A stretch of 64,000 nucleotides of DNA, taken from Peptococcaceae bacterium. Lineage in GTDB: Bacteria; Bacillota; Desulfitobacteriia; Desulfitobacteriales; Syntrophobotulaceae. Both the position numbers and the translations under genes were made by a program. Shown one piece after another: positions 10,345 to 18,828 of the stretch; within the stretch, counting starts at the first letter, position 1; every line of letters starts with the position of its first letter. Location of the stretch: positions 5,641-69,640 of the forward strand of contig JAAYOJ010000144.1 of the NCBI GenBank assembly GCA_012520405.1. Direction: 5' to 3'. The notes below the pieces were generated by a model, which was not told the origin of the DNA, made no database searches, and worked only from the letters and a program-made list of their open reading frames with translations.

Positions 10345-11751
10345 CTAATTAGGAGCAACCATCCTAATTCTAGCAATAAGACCATACAATCTCGGGAGTG
10401 AATTCTCAGGTAAGTAACAGTCACTCCGGGACACTCCGGGAATCCAAAGGACGTTGTTTTTATATGCCAGGAGAGGAGTGGATTTGCGTTCTGTTTGGGG
10501 TACCGCTTTATCCTGAAACACTTTTTTAATTTTTTTGTGCCCTAAATTTTTAAAATACATTTTATCCCCGGGCCTTCTACTTCGGCAAATTAAAGGAGAA
10601 TCAAGAGTGATAATTTTATGCCTATCAAATTCGGTCCCAAAGAGAATGTCAAGGTCTGTTTGTGGTTCGGAAAAGATACCGATTTGAAGATTGCTTTCCG
10701 GAATGGGATACCAGTTATCCGGGACTAGGGTTATTTCCCAGTCCAGGGGAATTATTATGTCTTGAATATGCTTTTGTTCTAATTCTCTCCGAAAAAAGAG
10801 AAAGCCATACTTCGTAGATTCTACCTTTATGTCAGGTAAATCTTGACGCCAGCCTGTCTTTCTTCCCTCTTGCATTAGCAATTTAATATATTTATATTCC
10901 AAACCTCGCGGTTCACCGCTTACTGTGGAGGCAGCTCTACGCAGGATACGGGATAGAATAGCTTCTGGTTCATCCCAAGCCCGATAATCAACTAAACAAC
11001 CCTCAGCGTTAAGCTGAACAAGTTGTTCCCATTTTTTATTAACTTGGGAATTAATATATTCCTCATCCCAACGGAGCAGTTCAGCCGTCCTGCCGAGAGC
11101 TTCGTGAATTCGCTTATTATATTCCTTCTCAAGATAGGGTAAGAGATTAAGCCTTATTTTGTTACGGCCATAGCAAGGCTCAAAATTGCTGCTGTCAAGA
11201 GCAAAGGGAAGTCCTTCGGCTAAACAATACTCGAGAATAGCTTCTTTAGGTACGGAAAGCAAAGGCCGGATTATTTTGTCTTTGCAAGGATAGATGCCGG
11301 CCAGACCAGCGGTACCGCTTCCCCTTAACAAACGATAAAGAACAGTTTCCGCCTGATCACCTAAATGATGGGCTGTGGCCAAAAGATTGCAGTCTAACTT
11401 GGCCATGTCTTCTTTAAAGCGGGCATAGCGCCATTCTCTAGAAGCTTCTTGAAAACCCTTGCCGCTATTATCGGCATATTTTTTAGCATCGAATTCATGA
11501 AGAATAAAAGGAAACTTCCACTCACGGGCTAACCTTGCCACCATTTCAGCTTCGCTTTGGCTTTCCTTTCTAACCATATGATTTACATGACTTATAATAA
11601 CTTCGATCTTTTGGTCCGGGTTTTGTTGTTGATAAGAATATAAAATGTGGGCCAAGGCAACAGAATCCGGCCCTCCCGAAACGGCAGCAAGTATTCTGGA
11701 ATTAGAAGGAATCAGCTTCGGCAAAACCTCAGAATTCAAATAAGAAAACAT
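10345..11751 (-). CDS. tilS: tRNA(Ile)-lysidine synthase
   Basis: PP-loop SGGPDS near the N-terminus. 468 aa. Conserved position upstream of ftsH. Confidence 0.92.
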   Translation of the reverse strand: MFSYLNSEVLPKLIPSNSRILAAVSGGPDSVALAHILYSYQQQNPDQKIEVIISHVNHMVRKESQSEAEMVARLAREWKFPFILHEFDAKKYADNSGKGFQEASREWRYARFKEDMAKLDCNLLATAHHLGDQAETVLYRLLRGSGTAGLAGIYPCKDKIIRPLLSVPKEAILEYCLAEGLPFALDSSNFEPCYGRNKIRLNLLPYLEKEYNKRIHEALGRTAELLRWDEEYINSQVNKKWEQLVQLNAEGCLVDYRAWDEPEAILSRILRRAASTVSGEPRGLEYKYIKLLMQEGRKTGWRQDLPDIKVESTKYGFLFFRRELEQKHIQDIIIPLDWEITLVPDNWYPIPESNLQIGIFSEPQTDLDILFGTEFDRHKIITLDSPLICRSRRPGDKMYFKNLGHKKIKKVFQDKAVPQTERKSTPLLAYKNNVLWIPGVSRSDCYLPENSLPRLYGLIARIRMVAPN

Positions 11752-11842
11752 TTTGATAGCTCCCCTGGAAGCATAACTGCCTACATATAATTATTATCTT
11801 TTCTTTATTTTCCATTTATTCACCTGTTTTGTCAAAGCCTTT

Positions 11843-13930
11843 TTATTTGCACTTTTTCTTAATAACCAGTACAACACCATCATCTTCGAAATCCCGGCCC
11901 GAACTCAAATCAACTTCCCTGATTATTTTATCTGCTAAATCTTGGGCCGGCAAATTTGTTGTTTTTGTAAGAAACTCTTTTAACCAGTCATTTTTCTTGT
12001 TGACTACATCCAGAACCCCATCTGTAATGAGAACCAAGGTCTTGTCTTTAATGTCAATATCAATAACCGGGATTTCAATATCATTTAATATTCCGGCCGG
12101 TAAACTCGACGTTTCTATTACTTCAACATTATCTCGGTCAATAATATAAGTAGGGGCTGCACCGATTTTAATTAGTTTCGCAGTCCCTGTTTCAATATCT
12201 AACACCGCCATATCTATCGTCACAAAACTTTCTTCGGGAGAACGAAGAACTAAGATCGAATTTAGGGCTTTAACCGCCCCTTCCGGTTCAAATCCCGTAC
12301 TCAACAATTGTTCCAGAATCGTAAGCGCTGCGGAACTCATTCGAGCCGCTTCTTCACCTACTCCCATGCCGTCACATAGAATAAAAGCGCACTGACTAGA
12401 GGATAAGGGTATAGAGCTATAATTATCCCCGCTAATGCCGTTCCCTGATTTTATAAAAGTCCCCACACCTATATCCAGTAATAGCCTATGCTGACGGGAC
12501 CAAACCAAAGGCTTCCCTTCCTCCACATTATGACGGGAATGCAGCTCTTTGGCCAAGTGCCCGATTACTTGGGAAACACTGCGATACTGCTCAGCAACCG
12601 CATCTCTATTTAGGGCTAACCGCTTTTGCCAAACTTCCCTGTCCTTTTGCTGTTCCAAAATAAATTCGGCAGCTAACATCATTTCCTTAAGTCTTCCACA
12701 GTACCTTTTCCACTCACCGGGGACCTCATGGACACCTTCATCCGGGGAACTAATAATCTCCTCCTGATAAGCCAGCAGATCAAAGATAAAATTATAGGTA
12801 CGATAGAATTCTCTTTCCCAACAATAATTAGTGGTAGGACAGTTTTTACATACTCTTTCTGCTAAAATATTCATTAGTTCAGGGACTTCAGGTTTCAACT
12901 TCTGTTCCAGGCTGGCTGCCTGGAAACCGTAAGCTAGCTGATCAAAGATTTCGGCCAGGGTCTTGACCTTGCTCACAGTTGTTTCAACCTCGGGCATAAC
13001 CCTGGACTTTAAAAGTATTTTGTTTTTCTTTTTTCCGGGGAAAAGAATAAATAATAATAATCCCAGACCGGAGGAATAAAGATGGGGCCAAAGAAAACCT
13101 TCATTTACAAAAAAGGTGATGATCATGGTAATGGAAACAAAGGAAATTGCCAGGCCAAGCTTACCAAAGCGGCGAAACCCCCCGCAGGCGAATCCTACCA
13201 AGCCGAAAATTCCGGCATTAACCAAATTAGCTAGGCCAAAATCCCACTGAAGCAGGAAGCCTAAAATAGCGCCCGAACCAGCTCCGGCCCCGGCTCCAAA
13301 ACGGTCAACTATAAAAAGAATAAAGAAGCTTAAAGTAACGATTTGTAAATTAACCGGACCAATTTCAATATTGTGCAAGCCACTCAAACTAACTGCTAAT
13401 AGAAGTATCCAAACCAAAGCTTGCTCCCCACCTAAGCTTCCCTTCATAATACTCTCTTTATGGGCTAAAGCATAGGCAAAAATTACTGTAAATCCTGCAG
13501 TTAGAGCACCTTGAACTGCAAGGAAAATTATTTCCTGAACAGTCAGCCCGGCAGGTAGAAGTCTTACTAATAATAAGGGGAGTATAGAGCATATTGCTGC
13601 TCCAAGCGGTAGGAGAAGTTTTTCAGTACTGCGCCCTCTAATAAGCGGCAAACATAGAATGCAAAGCAACGCTCCGGCCATTACTTCCAAAAAAAGCGAA
13701 TAGTTTTGAACTGTGGCTATTCCAATAATAACACCAAGAAGACCCGGAAGTAATTTTTGTTCCCTATTCATAGTTAACACAGCAATAAAAGCTAGCGCAA
13801 AAGGATAGATTTCCAGGATATTGGCTCGGGCAATTAGACCGCCAAACACAGCCAACGCTATGTAATTGCCTAATGATCCGGAAAATCTATTATTAATTTT
13901 TTCGGCTTTGAATGTTGCCCAGTCAGTCAT
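11843..13930 (-). CDS. spoIIE: stage II sporulation protein E (PP2C phosphatase)
   Basis: 695 aa: about 10 N-terminal TM helices plus a C-terminal PP2C-like domain (GDNYS...CDGMGVG...ITDGV). RBS GGAAGAGGTG. Confidence 0.9.
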   Translation of the reverse strand: MTDWATFKAEKINNRFSGSLGNYIALAVFGGLIARANILEIYPFALAFIAVLTMNREQKLLPGLLGVIIGIATVQNYSLFLEVMAGALLCILCLPLIRGRSTEKLLLPLGAAICSILPLLLVRLLPAGLTVQEIIFLAVQGALTAGFTVIFAYALAHKESIMKGSLGGEQALVWILLLAVSLSGLHNIEIGPVNLQIVTLSFFILFIVDRFGAGAGAGSGAILGFLLQWDFGLANLVNAGIFGLVGFACGGFRRFGKLGLAISFVSITMIITFFVNEGFLWPHLYSSGLGLLLFILFPGKKKNKILLKSRVMPEVETTVSKVKTLAEIFDQLAYGFQAASLEQKLKPEVPELMNILAERVCKNCPTTNYCWEREFYRTYNFIFDLLAYQEEIISSPDEGVHEVPGEWKRYCGRLKEMMLAAEFILEQQKDREVWQKRLALNRDAVAEQYRSVSQVIGHLAKELHSRHNVEEGKPLVWSRQHRLLLDIGVGTFIKSGNGISGDNYSSIPLSSSQCAFILCDGMGVGEEAARMSSAALTILEQLLSTGFEPEGAVKALNSILVLRSPEESFVTIDMAVLDIETGTAKLIKIGAAPTYIIDRDNVEVIETSSLPAGILNDIEIPVIDIDIKDKTLVLITDGVLDVVNKKNDWLKEFLTKTTNLPAQDLADKIIREVDLSSGRDFEDDGVVLVIKKKCK

Positions 13931-13958
13931 AAAGCCACCTCTTCCATTTTATGGATCC

Positions 13959-13991
13959 ATTATAACTTATTAGGAATGCGAAGCTTGTCTA
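13959..13991 (-). promoter_or_regulatory. putative spoIIE promoter: TAGACA - 21 bp - TATAAT
   Basis: On the minus strand, TATAAT is at 13964..13959 and the -35-like TAGACA at 13991..13986. It lies about 30 nt upstream of the spoIIE ATG. Confidence 0.45.
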
Positions 13992-14076
13992 AGCAAGGAA
14001 CTAGCTAGCACTATGATGGGACTTAGTTCTGCAAAATAATGTATTTAAATAAATATGCATATCCTACCCTCTAGAT

Positions 14077-14083
14077 TTCGACA
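14077..14083 (-). promoter_or_regulatory. consensus Spo0A box (TGTCGAA) upstream of spoIIE
   Basis: Exact 7-mer TGTCGAA on the minus strand, about 86 nt upstream of the -35-like element. Confidence 0.45.
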
Positions 14084-14100
14084 AACTTATTAATAAATAT

Positions 14101-14123
14101 AGCCTCCGTTCAAAACGGAGGCT
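14101..14123 (-). terminator. hairpin terminator downstream of divIC
   Basis: Perfect 9-bp stem AGCCTCCGT/ACGGAGGCT with a 5-nt loop. The following tract AUAUUUAUUA is only moderately U-rich. Confidence 0.5.
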
Positions 14124-14182
14124 AATATTAAAATTTCGGTTATAATCTATAAATTTATAATAATTATCATTTAAACTACTAT

Positions 14183-14491
14183 TTAATCAGCTTCTTTAGG
14201 TGCTATTAAAATTTCTCCTTTGCGCACTAAACCTAATTTTTCGCGGGCTAATTGTTCAATGTAACTAGGTGTATTCAATTTTTCTATATGCTTGCGCAAT
14301 TGCTCATTTTCGGCAATAAGAACATTCTTTTGTTCCACCAAGTAGTTCAATTGCCGTTCCATAGACTGGTCTATTTTGATTAGCTGCCAAGACCAGCTAC
14401 CGGCTAGAATCAGAGAAATCCCTATTACTACAACGAAGATGGGATTTAATCTTTTTTTCTTTTTTCTGGCTGTTGTTTTCTTAGCGGTCAT
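14183..14491 (-). CDS. divIC: septum formation initiator (FtsB/DivIC family)
   Basis: 102 aa: basic N-terminus, one TM segment, a leucine-zipper-like coiled coil, and the EQLAREKLGLVRKGE tail typical of DivIC. Confidence 0.85.
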   Translation of the reverse strand: MTAKKTTARKKKKRLNPIFVVVIGISLILAGSWSWQLIKIDQSMERQLNYLVEQKNVLIAENEQLRKHIEKLNTPSYIEQLAREKLGLVRKGEILIAPKEAD

Positions 14492-14718
14492 TACTCGTCC
14501 TCCATCGAGGAAGTAGCTATCCCAAATTCATTATCATGTATAATACCTACTATCTGGTACCCTTTCGCTTTAGCTCGGGCCAGCAGGGTTGCCACTGAGC
14601 TAGGAGCAACATTCAATATTTTAGCAATATCTTCACTGGAATGCCCGCTTTCCTTGAGCATTACAGCTTGTCTCTCCCGATAGCTTAGTTTTTCTAACCC
14701 TCTTATTTCCCAGTGCAT
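14491..14718 (-). CDS. small sigma-70 region-4 / LuxR-type HTH protein
   Basis: 75 aa with LSYRERQAVMLKESGHSSEDIAKILNVAPSSVATLLARAKAKG, an HTH of the region-4/GerE/Tfx type. Its stop overlaps the divIC start (TAATG). Confidence 0.6.
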   Translation of the reverse strand: MHWEIRGLEKLSYRERQAVMLKESGHSSEDIAKILNVAPSSVATLLARAKAKGYQIVGIIHDNEFGIATSSMEDE

Positions 14719-14841
14719 GTTAGATTCCCAACTATCTAGTACGTTTTACTTACAAATCAATTACATATTTAGGTATTTGTTATTATAGCTAGAAATCCAA
14801 ACAAAATCAATAGTAATCTAGTTATTTTCCCCTTTTTCCTA

Positions 14842-15336
14842 TTACTGTTTAGGATTTTTGGTAGTTTTGCGCCTGACTTTAGTCGCGGTATCTACGGCTA
14901 CTGATTCCCCTATCCTAAAAAGTAAGAGCCCTATCCAACGTAATATTCCATAGGGTATGGCCATAAAAAAGGCAATAAGGTTAATAATGTTCCTGCCGCT
15001 GGCCTCGAACATTTTTATTATTAATTTAATCAATTGCACAATATAGTTTAAGAACCTATTAAATAACTTAGTGATATAACGGCTCAATAAAATAAGATAC
15101 ATTATCAAACCCAGTAGACTGCCTGCAAATAAATAAAAACGCCATTCCAAATAATTAGCTTTTTGGGCCAGGTAAAAAATTATTAATAATGCTACTAGAG
15201 AAAAAAAAATATCCCCTAGAAAGGTTATAACTCTATTGAGTCCCATTTTCCATCTGATAATTCTATATAAATCAAAACAAAGGCCAACAATTACTCCACT
15301 TAAAAAAATATGAAAAAAGACAACAAATTCACTAAT
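14842..15336 (-). CDS. yabQ: spore cortex biosynthesis protein YabQ (5' end extended to a putative ATT start)
   Basis: The membrane protein follows the YabQ pattern GLCFDLYR...FLGDIFFS...EWRFYLF. That conserved N-terminal part lies upstream of the only ATG (15246). See finding. Confidence 0.7.
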   Translation of the reverse strand: MSEFVVFFHIFLSGVIVGLCFDLYRIIRWKMGLNRVITFLGDIFFSLVALLIIFYLAQKANYLEWRFYLFAGSLLGLIMYLILLSRYITKLFNRFLNYIVQLIKLIIKMFEASGRNIINLIAFFMAIPYGILRWIGLLLFRIGESVAVDTATKVRRKTTKNPKQ

Positions 15337-15366
15337 GGACGCTCTCTCCTTTCCCTATCCCGGTTA

Positions 15367-15648
15367 CTATTTGAAAATTTTTTCCCAAACTCCCCGGGAC
15401 GAGTCTGATGAGCGGTTCGCCGGATAGGTCAAAAGATCGATTTGTCCTTGAATCTCTACTTCCGTCTGATCAAGATCTAAATTCTTCACCCCTAAATCCT
15501 GCCCTTTTATCACAAGATTACCTTTAATTGTTTCTAAATGTATTTCTTTGGGGTCAAAGGATTTTACTTTTTTTACTCCTGTAATGAGAAGTTGATTCCT
15601 TTCTTCTATAATAATTTTATGGTTGAGGTTTACAGTTTTTTCAGACAT
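15367..15648 (-). CDS. yabP: sporulation protein YabP
   Basis: 93 aa with HKIIIEERNQLLITGVKKVKSFDPKEI, YabP-type. Immediately upstream of yabQ. Confidence 0.88.
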   Translation of the reverse strand: MSEKTVNLNHKIIIEERNQLLITGVKKVKSFDPKEIHLETIKGNLVIKGQDLGVKNLDLDQTEVEIQGQIDLLTYPANRSSDSSRGVWEKIFK

Positions 15649-15682
15649 CTATATATCCCCTCCATATCCCCTTCCTGACTAA

Positions 15683-15943
15683 TCAATATTCCTTTTTTTC
15701 GTCCTTTAGAACAGTAAAAAGAGTATGTGCTTCTTCGGCCTTAATACTGGAAGGTGTGTCCAAGACTTTAATTTCAAGAATACGATTTTTCATATCAATA
15801 GTAATAATATCCCCAGGCTTTATTTCAGCAGAAGGCTTTGCAACCCTGTAATTAACACTTACTTTTTGCCCTTCACATACATCTTTAGCTACTGTTCTTC
15901 GTTTAATAATCCGCGATACTTTCAAATACTTATCTAATCTCAT
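15683..15943 (-). CDS. rqcP: S4-domain RNA-binding protein (YabO/RqcP, Hsp15-like)
   Basis: 86 aa starting MRLDKYLKVSRIIKRRTVAKD, an S4 motif. Sits at the conserved yabO position. Confidence 0.85.
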   Translation of the reverse strand: MRLDKYLKVSRIIKRRTVAKDVCEGQKVSVNYRVAKPSAEIKPGDIITIDMKNRILEIKVLDTPSSIKAEEAHTLFTVLKDEKKEY

Positions 15944-16004
15944 TTTGGCCCTCCCATTTTATTAGTCGTAAATATTTTCATTATTATTTTACCAAGCTTT
16001 CATT

Positions 16005-16031
16005 AAAAAAAAGAAGGTTCCGAAGAACCTT
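16005..16031 (-). terminator. intrinsic terminator downstream of hup
   Basis: Stem AAGGTTC/GAACCTT with a TTCG loop, followed by a U8 run on the minus strand. Confidence 0.8.
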
Positions 16032-16057
16032 ACTTATTGTAATAAGAATCAATAATT

Positions 16058-16330
16058 TTATTGGACTGTTTCTTTTAAGGTTTTACCAGCTTTGAAACCG
16101 GGAACCTTGCATGCGGGAATAATAATTTCCTCTTTGGTTTGTGGATTCCTGCCCACACGTTCTTCGCGTTGCTTAACTTCGAAAGTCCCAAAACCGACTA
16201 ACTGGACCTTCTCTCCTTCCGCTAAGGCCTGGGTAATGGTGTCAAAGACTGCAGCTACAGCTTTCTCCGCATCTTTCTTAGTAAATTCGGTTTTTTCTGC
16301 AACAGCAGCAACTAATTCTGCTTTATTCAA
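16058..16330 (-). CDS. hup: DNA-binding protein HU
   Basis: Starts [14 protein letters not shown] and contains ...[20 protein letters not shown]. Start reassigned to TTG 16330, 6 nt after GGGAGGGAG. Confidence 0.95.
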   Translation of the reverse strand: MNKAELVAAVAEKTEFTKKDAEKAVAAVFDTITQALAEGEKVQLVGFGTFEVKQREERVGRNPQTKEEIIIPACKVPGFKAGKTLKETVQ

Positions 16331-16384
16331 AAGTCTCCCTCCCAAATTAATATAACGTTTTAGCTCCTATATTCGCTATAAAAA

Positions 16385-17566
16385 TCAATATTCCTTCTCT
16401 AATTTAGTAAAATGAACCATACGTCCCGAATTTTTCTGCTTTTTTACTAAATTCCAGTAATAATCCATTTCCTGAAGGCTTAAATCCGCACTGTTTAGGC
16501 CTTCCTGTTCAATCAAACTAAGCATTTGATTGAACCTCCATTGGAATTTTTTTACTCCTTGCCGCAATGCCTCCTCTGCATTTAGGTTTAAGAAGCGGGA
16601 AAGATTAACGATAGAAAACAACAAATCTCCTAATTCTTCTTCAAGACTGCTCCGGTTACCAATTTCTTTTTCCAATTCCCTAAGTTCTTCATAAACTTTG
16701 GCCAGTGGCCCCCGGTAGTTATCCCAATCAAATCCCATCTGGGCGGCTTTTTTCTGGGTTGCTTCGGCCATAAGCAAAGCAGGTAGTCCCTTAGGAATAT
16801 CAAAGTTATTCTGGGTAACTGTTTCTAAAGGAGCGGAAGCCTTTTCATGTCTTTTAATTTTATCCCAGTTAACAAGAACTTCTTCACTGGTACGGGCCTG
16901 TCCCGAGCCGAAAACATGCGGGTGGCGACGAATCATTTTGTCACAAATACCCTGAATAACATCCTCCAGCTCAAAATTTCCCAATTCTTCAGCTATTCTG
17001 GAATGAAAGACTATTTGTAATAATAAGTCTCCCAATTCTTCACAGAAATTATTCATATCTTTGCCATCAATGGCATCAATTACTTCATAAGTTTCTTCTA
17101 TCAAATATTTTTTTAAAGTTTGATGATTTTGTTCCTTATCCCAAGGGCAACCCTCAGGTGAGCGCAATTCCGCCATGATAGCTACCAGTCTCTGCAGCGA
17201 ATTTTTTTCAGCCAGCAAGGAAGTGTCTATTAAAAAATAAGAGCATAGTTCTTCCCGCAAAGCAGAAATAGTTTTCCCTTCCGCAAGCGGATATCCCGGT
17301 AAAGCTAAGGCTGAATGTAGCATGCTTTTAACAGGGCGGCTTTGGATCTGAGTAAGAATTGCTCCAGCGATCTCCTGTCCGGCTGCATCCTCGGTCAAAC
17401 CCAGTTCATGACAAGGTAAACCCTCGGCTATCATTTCTTGAGCAACCTTATGTCCGGCATTTAGAATATAGATAGTATCGGCCCCTTGCAGCCGCCGGTA
17501 ACTCTCCAAAGAAAGCTTTTCCAGACTATTATAGCCAAGCCCCACGATATGTAATACAGACTTCAA
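16385..17566 (-). CDS. mazG: MazG nucleotide pyrophosphohydrolase with a short N-terminal methylase-like domain (YabN-like)
   Basis: Tandem MazG repeats (CPWDKEQNHQTL...EExYEV; EELGDLLFS). An N-terminal stretch of about 125 aa resembles part of a tetrapyrrole-methylase fold. TTG start at 17566 after GGGAGG. Confidence 0.85.
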   Translation of the reverse strand: MKSVLHIVGLGYNSLEKLSLESYRRLQGADTIYILNAGHKVAQEMIAEGLPCHELGLTEDAAGQEIAGAILTQIQSRPVKSMLHSALALPGYPLAEGKTISALREELCSYFLIDTSLLAEKNSLQRLVAIMAELRSPEGCPWDKEQNHQTLKKYLIEETYEVIDAIDGKDMNNFCEELGDLLLQIVFHSRIAEELGNFELEDVIQGICDKMIRRHPHVFGSGQARTSEEVLVNWDKIKRHEKASAPLETVTQNNFDIPKGLPALLMAEATQKKAAQMGFDWDNYRGPLAKVYEELRELEKEIGNRSSLEEELGDLLFSIVNLSRFLNLNAEEALRQGVKKFQWRFNQMLSLIEQEGLNSADLSLQEMDYYWNLVKKQKNSGRMVHFTKLEKEY

Positions 17567-17619
17567 CTTAAGACCTCCCAAGGGAGATTATTACGACTAA
17601 AGCTCCCTTTTAGCAAAAA

Positions 17620-18072
17620 CTAATCCTCAGCTTCTTCGCTTTCAAATACTTCTCTGACTAAGACTTGATAATAAAAATAGATATCGTCCTCCGAACCGTT
17701 TTTTATTCTCCTATAAGCCTTACCTATAGGGAATATATTGTTTCCATTTACCCTTAGGAAAATAACATCTTTTTGTCCTTGTATGTCTTCCTGAACCCAC
17801 TCTCCGCCATGAATTCGCCGGATCACTTCTCCCACATAAGCCCCCATTACCATAGCGGCGGACATAATTTGCTGTTCTGTCATACCGCCACGTTTGAAGA
17901 GCTTAAAGGGAATTCTCTTGGGTACTTCTTCATGTAAATTTGAAAAAACTTTTTCCGCTGTTCTTAAGCTATCAACTGAATAATCAAGCTTTAATTGGTA
18001 AGATTTTTTAGCGACTTTTACCGCTCCATCAGCCATTCTTTTCATTTCTTCGGCCAGTTTTTTATTCGCCAT
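17620..18072 (-). CDS. hypothetical protein
   Basis: 150-aa soluble protein with an acidic tail. I can name no motif with confidence (LDYSVDSL resembles DUF3806-type proteins). RBS AAGGAAG. Confidence 0.5.
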   Translation of the reverse strand: MANKKLAEEMKRMADGAVKVAKKSYQLKLDYSVDSLRTAEKVFSNLHEEVPKRIPFKLFKRGGMTEQQIMSAAMVMGAYVGEVIRRIHGGEWVQEDIQGQKDVIFLRVNGNNIFPIGKAYRRIKNGSEDDIYFYYQVLVREVFESEEAED

Positions 18073-18231
18073 AAAACAACTTCCTTTTCGTTATCCTCAA
18101 CAATAATCCTCAGGTTGCCATTTAAATCAGCAATATTATCTTAACAGTATTCTACTAGTTCACGCAAGCTATACTTGCTTCCGAAGCAATAGGAAACCGG
18201 TCTAAGTCGAGATATGAATATGGCGTAAACG

Positions 18232-18257
18232 TAAAAGAGGATGCTCACCGCATCCCC
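18232..18257 (-). terminator. intrinsic terminator downstream of spoVT
   Basis: On the minus strand, GGGGATGC-GGTGA-GCATCCTC (8 bp including one G-U pair), followed by UUUUAC. Confidence 0.6.
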
Positions 18258-18282
18258 TTTGCCGCATTTCTATTGAATTACA

Positions 18283-18828
18283 TTATTGTTCCATCTGTTT
18301 CGCCAAAAATCCTGCTGCAGTTTCTACTAATTTCATTTCCAAGTCGCCCATTTGACTGTTTTCGTCTTTAGATATCAGGATAACGACCCCAATTGGATCG
18401 CCTTCGGCAATAATAGGAGCAATAACCTGTCCCGTTACCTTTCCCTTTTCATCATTTTCATCTTTTATAACAGATGTCTCTCCAGAGTCAAAAAGAGTCT
18501 TTCTGTCCTCCATTGCTTGTTCAGCTGCCGGCCCAAGCGGTTTATTTAAATACTCCTTCTTCGAGGCTCCGGCAACTGCTATTATGATATCCCTGTCACC
18601 GATACAAGCGATATGGCCTGTTGCTTCGTATAGAGAATCGGCATATTCCTTCGCGAAATCACCCAGCTCGCCGATAGGCGAATATTTCTTAAGTATTACT
18701 TCGCCTTCCCTATCTACAAAAATTTCAAGCGGGTCCCCTTCTCTTATCCGTAAAGTCCGCCGGATTTCCTTAGGTATAACAACACGGCCGAGATCGTCAA
18801 TTCTTCTAACAATTCCGGTTGCTTTCAA
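18283..18828 (-). CDS. spoVT: stage V sporulation protein T (AbrB-type SpoVT)
   Basis: MKATGIVRRIDDLGRVVIPKEIRRTLRIREGDPLEIF swapped-hairpin domain plus a GAF-like C-terminus. TTG start at 18828, 8 nt after GGAGGG. Confidence 0.92.
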   Translation of the reverse strand: MKATGIVRRIDDLGRVVIPKEIRRTLRIREGDPLEIFVDREGEVILKKYSPIGELGDFAKEYADSLYEATGHIACIGDRDIIIAVAGASKKEYLNKPLGPAAEQAMEDRKTLFDSGETSVIKDENDEKGKVTGQVIAPIIAEGDPIGVVILISKDENSQMGDLEMKLVETAAGFLAKQMEQ

